NCBI GenBank assembly: GCA_030390025.1
Contig: CM059433.1
Span: 4,030,001-4,094,000, forward strand
Direction of reading: 5' to 3'
Source: Squalus acanthias
Taxonomy: Eukaryota
DNA: 64,000 nucleotides
Shown: positions 12,211-25,360 of the stretch, piece by piece
How positions within the stretch are numbered: position 1 is the stretch's first letter
How the letters are laid out: each line of letters starts with the position of its first letter
Position numbers and translations under genes: made by a program
Notes under the pieces: model-generated
What the model was told of the DNA's origin: nothing
Database searches by the model: none
What the model saw: the letters and a program-made list of their open reading frames with translations, nothing else

Positions 12211-14373
12211 GGGGGAGAAATTCCCGACCTTATCGCCACCTGTTAGCGCGGTGTAATGTCAAGAAAGCGTCAGCCGCCGCTCTTCCGCCAACTGGTGGCG
12301 GGTCCCGTGGGCAGCCTCCATTTTTGACGTCCCGGTAGCACTGCCGTTCTGAAGTAGCGCCCTGCAAAAAAAATGGCGGAGTGGTGACATCACGGCGACT
12401 TAACGTCACCACAGCAAATGTCCACCCTAGCGCTGAGTTCAGCGTTGGGTCCTAAACACGCCAGGTAAACCCAACGGGCAAGCAGACTCTTAAAGGAACA
12501 CATACATCTTTCAGGTAAGTTTGCATTTAAACTTTTGGAATGGGTTTTTTAGATTTTATTGAAGGGGTGGTTTGCTGCAATAGATGTTCCAAAAGTTTTT
12601 TAAGTGTGTAGGGAGCGCTGCTGGATGCTTGCAAGGCCTCGGATGGTAAGACTGAAAATGCTGCAAATACTCAGCAGGTCAGGCAACATCCCCGTGGAGA
12701 GAGAAACAGAGTTCACGTCTCAGGTCGAGATGCTGCCTGAGCTGCTGAGTATTTCCAGCATTTTATGCTGTAATTTCAGATTTACAGCATCCGCTCGCAG
12801 AGGGATGAGGAAGAAACAGAAGAGGAAGAAGCTGAGGAGGAGGAAGCAGAAGAGATGGAAGCAGAAGGAAGGATGCATCCCAGACAGCCCCTTTCTGGCC
12901 GGGATATCCGGGATGGAATCATCCGCCTGCGGTACCAGTTACCACAACCTCAATGCCCCTTTCAACATTAGTCTCACACCTTACCTTCCCTCTGTTACTG
13001 ACCATTACAGTGTCCTCTTGGCCACGATGCTGAAATAAAAGCCACCACAAAGCAAATTTTCCAATCCAACTTTATACATCTATCCATCCAATATGACATC
13101 AAGAAATCAACTCATCACCCTTATGCATTCTCTTAGTGACTGTCTTGTGTGTGCCTTTGTCTATCCTACTGATGTCACACAGTGCTACCCCAGTGGCTGC
13201 AGCATGGCTGGTGGAAGGCTGCTGACTTTCAGTGGGGGACACTGCAAATGGCCTTGCTGGTCGACCTTGAGGAGCTGGTGGCTAGGAGTGTCAAATCTTC
13301 TTCTTCTTCTTCACTCTCCTGCCCCTCTTCTTGGCCAACTATTGACTGGGCAGGCTGCATTTCATGAGTGTATGAAATGAGGAAGGCACAAGGGTGGAGT
13401 TGTGGTGAGGAGAGGGCAGGAAAGCAAGAGGTGCATGCCAGAAGGAGGATAACGTATGAGGATACCAGCATCTTGTATCCTTTCAGCCCCGCCGCTGGCC
13501 AAGGGCTCAGCCATGCCCCTGCCAAGAATAGCCAGCACCGTCTCCTCCAAGGGGTGAGGTGAGGCTAGGAATAGGAGATGTGCCTCGTGATTGGTGCAGA
13601 TTGTTGGTAGGTGAGTGATTGGGGGGGAGTCATGCATTGAGCAGTGTGTGAGGCTAGTGATGCAGTTGGTAGGAGATGGCTTTTGAAGATTCATTCACTG
13701 ACCTTGACCAGTGGTCTGAGATCATGAAGCTTCTTTGGGCACTGGAGCCAGGTGGTGGGGGCAACACTGCTGGCAGTGATGGCCTCGGTGATCTGGTCCC
13801 ACATCGTTTTTTCTGGAGGACCTCTTGTCCCCCTGTGGGTAGAGCATCTCTCTTCCAGTGTTGACCCCCTGCACAAAGCTGGAGTGCTGAGTGTGAGACC
13901 CTGGGAGCACCTTCCCTGGCTTGCTGAGCCATTTGTTTTGGTGCTGAAGCACTTTTCCCATTTTTTGAGGTTCGGAAGGGAATTCAGCTTTAAGTGCTGA
14001 AGACTCCCAGTTGGGACTGCTTTTTAATGATAATTTTTTTTTTGAGAGGCAGTAAGGGATGAAAGCTGCATTTTTTTCCCTGCATTGTAATTTTTATTAG
14101 TGCTGAATGCATTGCCCCTTTAATTCATAGCCCCTTTAATTGCCCACAATTCCTTGTGAACTCCACAGCCTCGCTCCCAGAGGCTGTAAGAACTGGACGG
14201 GAACTTTGGGTCGGACGCCTCCATTAATGCCACCAGGAGGGTGTTACACAGTAGGTTAGCGCTGCGCTACAAATCTCCAGCCCCCAGCGTGAAATTTTGC
14301 CTGGTAGCGCTGCAGCCATTTCCAACGGCCGTAAACCTGAAGCAGTTTTCTGTCGATGTCCACTTTCTAGGCC
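12211..14373. mobile_element. Internally deleted Harbinger/PIF-type DNA transposon
   Basis: Termini GGGGGAGAAA / TTTCTAGGCC, AAA on both flanks; Myb/SANT-like remnant on minus strand (~13690-13930, WDQITEAITASSVAPTTWLQCPKKLHDL); acidic transposase-like C-terminus on plus strand (~12800-12945). Confidence 0.68.
12648..12794 (+). mobile_element. Degraded PLE family B mini-hairpin
   Basis: Inverted and direct copies of the family B 3' end; no clear TSD. Confidence 0.7.
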
Positions 14374-14671
14374 AAAATGTTAAAAACCTCTCAGAACAAT
14401 TTGCTACCTGCAGGAATGAGACTCCACAGTTACAATTGTTCCCTTCTGGGCCGAAGAGATTGAGTGGCATTTCAGGGTCATAAATTTCATTAACAAGGTA
14501 CTTACGCTGTTAAGTAGCAGTCCTAACTTTCTGCGGCGAGTTTACTTTGTTTTAACTGCGCAAATGCAGCAATTTCTCAAAATTCAAGGGGAGGTTGCCA
14601 CCAAGATCTCATTTCCCCAAAAATGAGAAGTCGCACAACACCAGGTTATAGTCCAACAGATTTATTTAATT

Positions 14672-14709
14672 TTACAAGCTTTCGGAGCTGTCGCTCCTTC
14701 CTCAGGTAA
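14672..14709 (-). ncRNA. Minimal hammerhead ribozyme (PLE family A)
   Basis: Reverse complement of 16283-16320. Confidence 0.8.
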
Positions 14710-16282
14710 GTTAGCAGTGAGAGAATCTCCCAGAATTCACAATTTAAACACAGACAAAATCTATTCAAATATTTCCCTACATCAAAGACACACTAAGAGC
14801 ACAGCCAAGACAATGAGATGTGTCCCAGGGGGTCCAACGTGTCAAACCACCTGCTGGCTGCATATCCTGTCAATTTGTGTTCTTGTGTTAGTCTTTTTTT
14901 TTAAAAAAACACCTGGGAAGACCGGCCATGATGTCCGGGGAAGTACTGGACGACGTAGGGTACTCTGTTGGTTGTGTCCCGTGTTCGTCTTCTGAGGAGG
15001 TCTATGCGGTTTTTCGCTGTGGCCCGTCGGAACTGTCGATCGACGAGTCGAGCGTCATATCCCATTCTTACGAGGGCGTCTTTCAGTGTCCATAGGTGTC
15101 CATCGCGTTCCTCCTCGTCTGAGCAGATCCTGTGTATTCGCAGGGCTTGTCCATAGGGGATGGCTTCTTTAATGTGGTTGGGGTGGAAGCTGGAGAAGTG
15201 GAGCATCGTGAGGTTGTCCGTGGGCTTGCGGTAGAGTGAAGTGCTGAGGCGTCCGTCTTTGATGGAGATTCGTGTGTCCAAGAATGAAACCGATTCTGAG
15301 GAGTAGTCCATGGTGAGTTTGATGGTGGGATGGAACCTGTTGATGCTATCGTGTAGTCCTTTCAGTGATCCTTCGCCGTGGGTCGCAGAAGACGAACACG
15401 GGACACAACCAACAGAGTACCCTACGTCGTCCAGTACTTCCCCGGAGCGGAAAAACTACGCCATGTTCTTCGCAGCCTTCAACATGTCATCGATGACGAC
15501 GAACACCTTGCTAAGGCCATCCCCACGCCTCCACTACTCGCCTTCAAGCAGCCGCCTAACCTCAAAAGTACCATCGTTCGCAGCAGATTACCCATCTTTC
15601 AGGAGAACAGCAACCAAGACACCACACAACCCTGCCACGGCAACCTCTGCAAGACATGCCAAATCATGGACACAGATACCATCATCACACGTGAGGACAC
15701 TACCCACCAGGTACACGGTACATACTCATGTGACTCGGCCAACGTTGTCTGCCTGATACGTTGCAGTAAAGGATGCTCCAGAGCATGGTACATCGGCGAG
15801 ACCATGCAGACACTGAGACAACGTATGAACGGACACCGCGCAACAATCGCTAGGCAGGAGGGTTCCCTCCCAGTCGGGGAACACTTCAGCAGCCAGGGGC
15901 ATTCAGCCTCAGATCTGCGGGTAAGCGTTCTCCATGGCGGCCTTCGGGATACACGACAGCGCAAAATCATAGAGCAGAAACTGATAGCCAAGTTCCGCAC
16001 TCATGAGGATGGCCTCAATCGCGATATCGGGTTCATGTCACGATACAGAACGTGACTTGACATCATGGCCGGTCTTCCCAGGTGTTTTTTTTTAAAAAGA
16101 CTAACACAAGAACACAAATTGACAGGATATGCATCCAGCAGGTAGTTTGACACGTTGGACCCCCTGGGACACATCTCATTGTCTTGGCTGTGCTCTTAGT
16201 GTGTCTTTGATGTAGGGAAATATTTGAATAGATTTTGTCTGTGTTTAAATTGTGAATTCTGGGAGATTCTCTCACTGCTAAC

Positions 16283-16320
16283 TTACCTGAGGAAGGAGCG
16301 ACAGCTCCGAAAGCTTGTAA
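16283..16320 (+). ncRNA. Minimal hammerhead ribozyme (PLE family A)
   Basis: TTAC-CTGAGGA-a-GGAGC-gaca-GCTCC-GAAA-GC-TT-GTAA; stem I covaries relative to TCAC/GTGA. Confidence 0.83.
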
Positions 16321-16574
16321 AATTAAATAAATCTGTTGGACGAGAACCTGGTGTTGTGCGACTTCTCATTTTTGTCCACCCCAGTCCAACGCCGGCATCT
16401 CCACATCATTTCCCCAAGGCTGACGGCAGAGTGGCACAAATCGTCCAGCAATCCGTGGCAATTAGCAACTCACGGCGTATCTCTTCCTCGCCACAAATTG
16501 CTGGATGATTTACACACTAATAAAGGCCTGTGCATTAAACCCATCGTTATTTTCCCAGCAAATTCCGGGCCGTT

Positions 16575-16765
16575 ATTTTTTTTTATGTTCGTTCAGGGGA
16601 TGTGGGTGTCGCTGGCAATGCCAGCATTTATTGCCCATCCCTAATTGCCCTTGAGAAGGTGGTGGTGAGCCGCCGCCTTGAACCGCTGCAGTCCGTGTGG
16701 TGAAGGTACTCCCACAGTGCTGTTCAGGAGGGAGTTCCAGGATTTTGACCCAGCAACGATGATGG
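16575..16765 (-). mobile_element. CR1/L2-group LINE 3' end
   Basis: Matches the 3' end of 38398-40412. Confidence 0.8.
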
Positions 16766-16827
16766 GTCGGGGTCCCAGTCAGGGAATGAGTCTGGTGTAA
16801 GGGAACTGAAAGAGGCAAGATACAATG

Positions 16828-17576
16828 GCCCAAAAATTCGGCCGTTCTCGGGTGAGTACTCATTGCGTACTCACCCGTATTCATTCCCGAAGTGCCGGTT
16901 TCCTGCATGCACTGCGCATGCACGGGAAACCGGCACTTCCGGTATGGTGAAGGGGGCGGTTCCTAGGTGAACCGCGTGCGCGCTAGAGGCTGCGCGCACG
17001 CAACACACTTAGATTTTTTTTCAGGTTTCAACGCGAGGGTAAGTATGGAAGATTCTACGCTAGTAAAAAGTAGGCGTAAGACCCCTTTTGAACAAGGCAA
17101 GTAGTTAATTAAGTATAATTTTAAATTTTTTTCAACAGATTTATCTTTTTTAGATACTTTAAAGAAAGGTAAGTTTATTTTTATAACTTTTAAAAAGTAT
17201 TTTAATTTTTTCAAAAATTTAAATTTTTGTTTAAAGTGGTTAATTTATTTAACTATAGTTATTTTATAAATGTGATGGTTTTTAAAAAAAATTTATTTGA
17301 GGTTTAGCTGTTCTTTTGGGGCCGATTTCAATTCACAGATTTGACAGGTCTCCTGTCAAATCTATGAATGACAGATGGTCTGCTGCCATTGGCTCTCCAT
17401 GGCCCACGTGATCCCAGGGGTCGCATCGCACTAACTGCGCCCCTGGAACACGCAAGCACTGCGCGCCGGCACTAGGGAGAGGCCCAGGACCCAAAGTTCC
17501 TGTCGGCCCAAAACACAACGGCAGGCGCACGTGATCCTTACCCCCGCGGCAAGCCGGCCACGCGAATTTCTAGGCC
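16828..17576. mobile_element. Harbinger-type MITE
   Basis: 14-bp TIRs GGCCCAAAAATTCG / CGAATTTCTAGGCC with 3-bp TSD AAT; inverted relative at 56733-57517. Confidence 0.75.
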
Positions 17577-17755
17577 AATAACATAATAAATAGAGGTGGA
17601 AAGCAAAAGAACTGACACACTAGTGGAAAACATTAACCCTTTTTCTGACCTCAGATTTAAAAAAAACCCAATTTACCCTTACAATTGGCTTTTTAAAAAT
17701 ATAAGGCAGATTTACGCTGGCAGTATGAAAGATTCTAGGAAATGAATGCATAATA

Positions 17756-18120
17756 CAGGAAACTCTCTTTTAGCCGGCACCCAAATAACCAGAAATCTCT
17801 CTTAACCGGCAAAATTCTTGAGTAGGTAACCGGGGTTTTCCTTCATCTCTCCTCTAAAAATAACTTTAAAAAAAAACCCCGAGGCATTTGCCTTGTATCG
17901 GAGCATGTAGATTGGGAGGGGAATGTGCAGCCCGGGTAGGCAGCGGACACGACAGATGGTCAGCTGGCGGTCCCCGGGGAGACGGAGCTCCAAATGCAGG
18001 CGCATGTCAGTGTGTACGGGGCTCTCGTACGTTGGGAGATATAACTCTCCATTATCCGGACTGTTTGATTAACCGGCACCACGCCGGTCCCGTCGGTGCC
18101 GGTTAATAAAGAGTTTCCTG
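17756..18120. mobile_element. Tc1/mariner-pogo type MITE
   Basis: 26-bp imperfect TIRs CAGGAAACTCT..CCGGCACC, each flanked by TA. Confidence 0.85.
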
Positions 18121-19794
18121 TATTGCTGAAACTTGTACAATTTTCCCAAAGAGTTTGGTTAAACAATTCTTTGCTGATATGTGTACATTTTTTATTAATT
18201 ATTTCAGAAGCATTGCAATCCACAGCATCTTAAAACAATCAAATAGCCATCCAGATCAAACATATCGGACGTACCCGTCATTACTGGTTTACAGGCATTT
18301 AGGATTGACGTGTGAGGCTAACACATGATAATGGTCAACGGTCAAGGTAATATTTTTTTAAATAAAAATCGTGCTCACTCGGTTGAAAACCGATGAGGTA
18401 ATCAGTGGTTTTGGCACCGAAATACCTTCTTTTGTGAATGGTGATTGCTATTTTTTTTCAAGTGGAGTTGATTGCGGATTCACCACATCATCACAACTCT
18501 GGTAACAGAGAATGCACAGAATAGACGGGGGAAATGCGTGGGGGGCAGATAGAATCATAGCAGCGTACGATATGAAAATAACATGAGAAAAATTGGTGAT
18601 TCCTCAAACTACCGCATTCTGTGGGAAGCACCTTCAGACTAATGGGTTTATGAATTTGAAATGGAGACCAGCCTTTCTGCAGGATGTGCTGAATTCTTTT
18701 TAGTGACCTCACATGGTCTATGGCGATGTCAGCATTGGTACGGAAGTAACACCAGTTGTTTAACGATTTATATACTTGAAGCAGCAAATCAAATTTCATT
18801 ACAAATTAAGGTTCGGCAAGACTTTAATTAGTTTTCTTTTAAAGTTGCAAGTTGTTGATCCCCGATTTTAACTTGGGGCGCGAATCGGGTGAGTGGGAGG
18901 CGGGGCGAACGGGAAGCCCCCCCCCCCCCCCCATGATGTCGCGAGTGTGAGGCCCGAGCGATGTTAATATGATTGATGGGCTGCCCGCCCGATGGCATTG
19001 GGGATTGGGCAGCCCGCCCACATGACGCACGCGATTTCCAGCGGGCAGCCCGAGGCCGAGTTAAAGCGGGAATGCACCTCTTAAAGCGAGGTGGCATTCC
19101 CGGCTTTGAATTTCGGTTGAACAATGCTGGAAACGATTGCACGATGAAAATACCCAGGTCTTCAGATGTCTTCCTGGAGGTCCTGGCGGAAGAAATCAGG
19201 GCAAAAGGGGAGATACTTGCCTGAGAAGCCACAGGGCCAGGGTTTTGCAGGCCTGGGCAGAGGTGGCTGACAGGGTCCGTGCCGCCTGCATCACCCCCAG
19301 GACCAGGGTTCAGTGTAGGGAGAGGTTCAATGGCCTCACAAGAGCAGCAGTGATGAGTACAGCTCTTCACATCTCTCAACAGCACTTGGCAACACTCCTT
19401 TCACCCCTTTCCCCACCACTCTCAATAATTCCCACCCCTCCATCACATCTTTCAGCCCACAATCACAAGGACCACACCGCAACACCTCTCCTTCTCAATC
19501 CAAACACACTCGCCGCTTCCTGTCCTCTCTTCCCACCACACACTAACACTATTCTCTTCCACACCCTATCAGTTGGACAACAATCAACTCCTCCCAACAC
19601 TCCTCCCTCACTTCATATTCCACGCACTTAGCTTTACATTCATCTCGTCCCCATCCTCCTTCTACCTTGCTGCTTCTCCAGCTCTCACCACCGGTACCAT
19701 AGCACAAGCCCCACACATCTCCATTGACCTTTACCGCAGCCACTCATTAACTCTCACTGTCTCTTTCTGCCCTGTGTGCTGGGTATGGCCTCCT

Positions 19795-21003
19795 TTTTTT
19801 TATTCGTTTTTATGGGATGTGGGTCTCACTGGCAAGGCCAGCATTTATTGGCCATCCCTAATTGCCCTTGAGAAGGTGGTGGTGAGCCGTTGCCTTCTTG
19901 AACCATTGCAGTCCATGTGGTGATGGTACTCCCATAGTGCTGTTAGGGAGGGAGTTCCAGGATTTTGACCCAGCGACGATGAAGGAACGGCTGATATACT
20001 TCTAAGTCAGGATGGTCATAGAGTCATAGAGTCATAGAGTTATACAGCACAGAAAGAGGCCCTTCGGCCCATCGTGTCTGCGTCGGCCATCAAGCCCTGT
20101 CGAATCTAATCCCATTTTCCAGCACTTGGTCCGTAGCCTTGTATGCCATGGCGTTTCAAGTGCTTATCTAAATGCTTCTTGAATGTTGTGAGGGTTCCTG
20201 CCTCTACCACCCTTTCAGGCAGTGAGTTCCAGATTCCAACCACCCTCTGGCTGAAAAAGTTTTTCCTCAAATCCCCTCTAAACCTCCTGCCCCTTACCTT
20301 GAAACTATGCCCCCTGGTTATTGACCCTTCTACTAAGGAGAAAAGTTCCTTTCTATCTACCCTACCTATGCCTCTCATGATTTTGTACACCTCAATCAGG
20401 TCCCCCTCAGCTTTCTCTGCTCTAAGGAAAACAACCCCAATCTGTCCAGTCTCTCTTCATAGCTGAAACGCTCCAGCCCAGGTAATATCCTGGTGAATAA
20501 AAACATAAGAACATAAGAAATAGGAGCAGGAGTAGGCCAATTGGCCCCTCGAGCCTGCTCCGCCATTCAATAAGATCATGGCTGATCTGATCCTAACCGC
20601 CAATCTACTATCACAGAACCATCTCCTGAACCTAACAGAATTGGACACACAAAATAGGAGCAGGATCAGGCTACACGGCCCCTGGGCCCGCTACGCTACC
20701 CACAGGGCCATGACCAATCCGAACCTAGACTCATGTCCAAATTCCTGCCCGCTCCCCGTAACCCTTAATTCCCTTAATCTCCTCTGCACCCTCTCCAATG
20801 CAATCACATCCTTCCTATGGTGTGTGACTTGGAGGGGAACTGGGAGGTGGTGGTGTTTCCATGCGCCTGCTGCCCTTGTCCTTCTAGGTGGAAGAGGTCG
20901 CGGGTTTGGGAGGTGCTGCCGAAGAAGCCTTGGCGAGTTGCTGCGGTGCATCTTGTAGATGGTACACACTGCAGCCACGGTACGCCGGTGGTGGAGGGAG
21001 TGA
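19795..21003 (-). mobile_element. CR1/L2-group LINE 3' part (19795-20016, 20815-21003) interrupted by CR1 fragments (20017-20815)
   Basis: HSLHHRRTVAAVCTIYKMH motif; CR1 ORF 20106..20390 with (TCATAGAG)n tail. Confidence 0.8.
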
Positions 21004-21514
21004 GCAGCCTCCCTCACCTGCTGTCTTTGGATAGGCGCTGCCGCTGGTGCCAGTTACTGAGGCTGTGACTGCTGTTGCTCCTCTTCCTCTAAGTGTTCCT
21101 CCATCCAAATGAAACTTGCAATAACAGCACCCATTACTAGCCGATAAAGCTGACTGAGAGTAATAAAGCAAAGAAGTGAGAAAGAAGACATCATGGAAGC
21201 TGGAAATTCTCCAGGCAATCCAAAGATCCTGAAATCCAATTAGCTGCAGGTGAACTCCCCTTTAAATACTGCTTCAGTGACTCTCAGAGACCAAACCCGT
21301 CAAGTTTTGCTGGCGGGTTGGGCATTCGATGGGACTTCCATGATTTGTAGTTAAAATGGCATCGGGGTCCTAATTGCATCATGGGACCCCTGATTTACGT
21401 GTATTCATGAGGACCCTGCCTGCCTGTGGCGAGTGGCTCGGCCGACCATTAAAACTGCATGGTTAAACTGGGGGCAGGCAGGAGTGTGTGGACGTACTCT
21501 ATCACCATCATAAC

Positions 21515-24500
21515 TGCAATGTATTACCACATGGTTTATCACATGGCTTAGTATGAGCATGCTCAGTTCGCTCTGGCCTAGTAAACAAGCACATAACTCG
21601 CAACTCATCCTGTCTCTGTCCTTCATCTGTTCTACCCACATACATTACATTTTGGTGACAAGAATGTGATCCCAGAGCCATTTTTAGGGATCATGGAAGG
21701 ACACAGTGTTCAACCTTTGAGTAGAAAAGTTTAAGGTGAATTTGTGACACCTAAACTGAATTTTTGCGATGTTTTACCGTTAATGCTGATGCAGAATCGT
21801 CTGTGCTTCGCCTTCATGTGTATGTATACACAGCAACAGCGGCGTTGATTCTCACAGGTACACGGGTAGCGTGCTGAGTCACTGTTCGACGGGATCGGGA
21901 CAATCATGGCTGCACCTACGGGATTCATCGGAAGCCTCGGCCTGTATGACCGAGCTCGTGAACCATTCAGTTCTTACATTGAGTGGATGGAGATGTTTTT
22001 TATGGCCAATGACATTATTGAGACCGAAGGTGCAGATGAGAATGTTCAAGCTCAAAATAAAATAATTCGTGAACGGAAAAAAGTAATTTTTCTAACGGAG
22101 ATCGGGCCAGATGTCTGTGGAACATTGACAAACCTACTCGCGCCAGGGAAAACGAAGGATGCGTCGTTTGAAGACATTGTCGAGAAACTCAAGGACCATT
22201 TTGACCCAAAGCTGTTAGAAATAGCAGAGAGCTATAAGTTTGGTACCAGAAACCAAAAAGAAAGTGAAACCGTCAGTGAGTACATTGTAGCTCTTAAGAA
22301 CCTGTCTTTGCATTGTAACTTCGGCAATTTTTGGATCGTGTGTTGCAAGTCAGAACCATTCTAGTGGCAATGCAAAGCAGCGACAACAAAAGGGAAAAGT
22401 TCACAATATTGAAGTGAACACACCTGATGTTGAAGAACGAGGCATCTACAGTTTCTATGCCACTAACAGCAATGCTAGCAGTCGTGAGAAAGACTTCTGT
22501 ACAAAACTTTTGATCAACGACCAATGTATTGATATATGTATCGACACGGCGGCGGACTGGTCTATCATGAGTAAGGACATATATGAGAGTAAGTTTAATC
22601 AAATACCACTTACAAAGAGTACCGTAGAGTTAAAAACCTACTCCGGAGAAATCCTAGATACATGTGGACAAATGGAATATACAGTTCAACACAATGGCCA
22701 GTCAGTAAAGCTGCCTACAAAAACAGGCCAACTCTTATGGGCAAAGACTGGCTGAGAAAGTTAAAACTAGACTGGAAAAACATCTTCAGTGTAGATGCTT
22801 CAAAGAAGCAACTCGACACAATGCTGAAGAAGTACGAAAGCATGTTCACAGGCAGTTATGAGGGCATCACTGGGTATGATGTGCATATCTGCATCAAGTC
22901 CAACGTGAAGCCTGTCTATTGTAAGGCAAGGCCAGTCCCCTATGCGTTGAAAAGTCAGGTGGAGGAAGAGCTGGCGAAGCTGAGAGAGAACGGAGCGCTA
23001 GTAAAAACTGAAAAAAGTGAATGAGCTACCCCGATTGTGGTAGTGCCCAAAGCAGACAAAACTGTACACTTGTGCGGTGACTACAAAGTTACTATCAACC
23101 AAGCAGTTGACAATGAGCAGTACCCGTGACCTACATCGCACAATTTGTGTGCAGCACTCTCTGGGTCAAAGGTTTTCTCCAAGCTTGACATGTTGCATGC
23201 TTACGCTCAGCTGAATGTTGACAAAGAGAATCAACAGTATCTCACCATCAACACACACAAGGGACTCTACTCATACACCAAGCTGCCGTATGGTGTAAAG
23301 TCTTCCCCAAAATCTTCCAGGCTACGATGGATAAGATTTTGCAAGGAGTTCCAAATTGCTATTATGCAATCAAGACGATGTGCTGATCGCAACAAGCAGC
23401 GAGGAAGAAAATCTAGAAGTGTTAGATATAGTGCTTCAAAGGTTGAATTCCCACAATGTCAAATTGGAAAGGAGCAAATATGCTTTGTTGCCCGAGGTTG
23501 TGTACCTTGGTCTGAAAGTTGATGCGAATGGCTTGCAACCAGTGAAGGAAAAGGTTGATGCTGTCATCAATGCTCCAAAGCCACAGAACGTGTCTGAGTT
23601 AAGATCTTTCCTTGGAATAGTCCAGTACTACGCACGTTTCTTACCTGAGTTAGCGACCATGTTTGCTCCATTGCACAAGCTCCTCAAGAAGGATGTCCAG
23701 TGGAAGTGGACAAAAGCGAAACAGGAAGCTTACGACGCTTGTAAGAGAAGTCTCTCGAGCGATGCTCTACTTGTGCACTACAACACAGAGCGTGAGCTTA
23801 AGTTAGCGTGTGATGCTTCTAGAACGGTGTGGGAGCTGTCATGAGCCACGTAATGGATGACGGCCAAGAGAACTAATCGCGTTCGCATTGTGAACCCTCA
23901 CAAAGAATGAAAGAAACTAGGCGCAAATTGAAAAGGAAGCACTCGCCATAGTATTTGGAATCAAGAAATTCCAACAGTTCCTGATCGGCAGAAAGTTTAC
24001 CCTGATAACCGATCACAAACTGCTCCTAGCAATATTGGGGCCCAAATCTGCCATCCCTGCAATGGTCGCATCATGAATGCAACGTTGGGCAGTGTTGTTG
24101 TCACAATATGACTACATGATTGAATATCTCACGTCAAAGCAAAACGCAATCACAGATGCCTTGTCCATGTTGCCATATGAGTACCCGTGTGTTGGGAGTG
24201 AAGGTGAGATTTTCACGCTAGGTGCCGTTGACAAAGACTTTCCTGTCAATGCAACTGAGATTGCAGATGAGACTCAAAGGCCTCGGTACTGAAAAGAGTG
24301 TCTGAAAACACCTTGAATGGATCGACTGATCAGTGTCTGGACACAGAGTTGAAACCATTCCATAACCGTCATACTGAATTGTCTTGTGAGCAAGGTTGTA
24401 TCAAGTGGGGAAACAGAGTGGTGGGACCCTACTTCTTTGAGTTCGGAACCAGAACAAAACAGCCCGAAAATTGGTTCAACACCAAAACCTTCTTTAAGGA

Positions 24501-24807
24501 GATCAGGAAGGCTCCACAAACCTGTTATTAAACTGGATTTGTAGTTCATTTAAAAGAAAAAAAAGCCGGGAGTTTTTGTTATGTGGTACATGTAATGCTG
24601 GGAAAGGTGGGACCATAGTTTTGTTGTATTTGAGAGGGGAATACATACGTTTTTTTTAAGGGGGAAAGCAGTGTAATGTATTGTCAGATGGTTTGTCACA
24701 TGGTTTAGTATGAGCATGCTCAGTTCGCTCTGGCCTAGTAAACAAGCACCTTGATTAGCAACTCATGGTGTCTCTGTCCTTCATCTGTTCTACCCACATA
24801 CATTATA
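21515..24807 (+). mobile_element. Decayed Gypsy/Ty3 LTR retrotransposon lacking integrase
   Basis: ~135-bp LTRs at 21515-21649 and 24672-24807; 5-bp TSD ATAAC; primer-binding-site-like TGGTGAC; polypurine tract AAGGGGGAAAG; gag (21906-), protease IDTAA, RT (FSKLD, QDDVLI), RNase H (LACDAS, IEKEALA). Confidence 0.92.
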
Positions 24808-25192
24808 ATAACCATCAACCTACCCCGTTCCCGTTGGGCAGGCAGGGTTAAAATCGGGGCTTTGATCTCTCAGGTTCCCCAAAAGGAATTGTAGCGCATT
24901 TTAGGGACTGTGTCCCAAACGACTGGTGTACAATGTTTGGATGTAAACTTTTGACTGAAGGGCGGGATATCATTTATCATAAGGATCTAGTAGTGGACCT
25001 GTATTGGAGTATCTAGTCATCTCAAAGCAAAATATGTTACTGTGCAAAAATATCTGTCACCACCCCATATGTGTTCAGGCAAGCATGCGGCTCTGGTTAC
25101 GCTGTCAGCTTCAGCCTGATGTATATCTAGATAGTCACGCGGTGAGAGAAGACAGCAAGGCTCACTTTAAGTGCTCTGGAGCTCCTGCGCAG

Positions 25193-25360
25193 CCGGCTCA
25201 CCGGCTCACCGGCTCACGGCTCACCGGCTCACGGCTCACCGGCTCACCGGCTCACGGCTCACCGGCTCACGGCTCACCGGCTCACGGCTCACCGGCTCAC
25301 CGGCTCACCGGCTCACCGGCTCACGGCTCACCGGCTCACCGGCTCACCGGCTCTCCGGCT
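25193..25360. repeat. Mixed 8/7-bp tandem repeat (GGCTCACC/GGCTCAC)
   Basis: About 20 units directly visible. Confidence 0.95.

Larger units (their letters stand above)
14621..16408 (+). mobile_element. Head-to-head PLE family A insertion (Neptune-like)
   Basis: Minus arm 14621-~15380 with internal deletion; plus arm ~15381-16408 encoding a Cys motif and GIY-YIG (NVVCLIRC..WYIGET); TSD TCATTTCCCCAA at 14609-14620 and 16406-16417. Confidence 0.92.
18860..24859. mobile_element. Probable Harbinger element hosting nested retroelements
   Basis: TIRs CCCCGATTTTAAC / GTTAAAATCGGGG; Myb/SANT-like remnant at ~19143-19350 (+): SDVFLEVLAEEIRAK..AWAEVADRVRA..RTRVQCRERFNGL. Confidence 0.6.

Noticed and set aside
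18491..18799. 102-aa ORF in non-repeat DNA
   Set aside because: No recognisable domain or convincing splice signals
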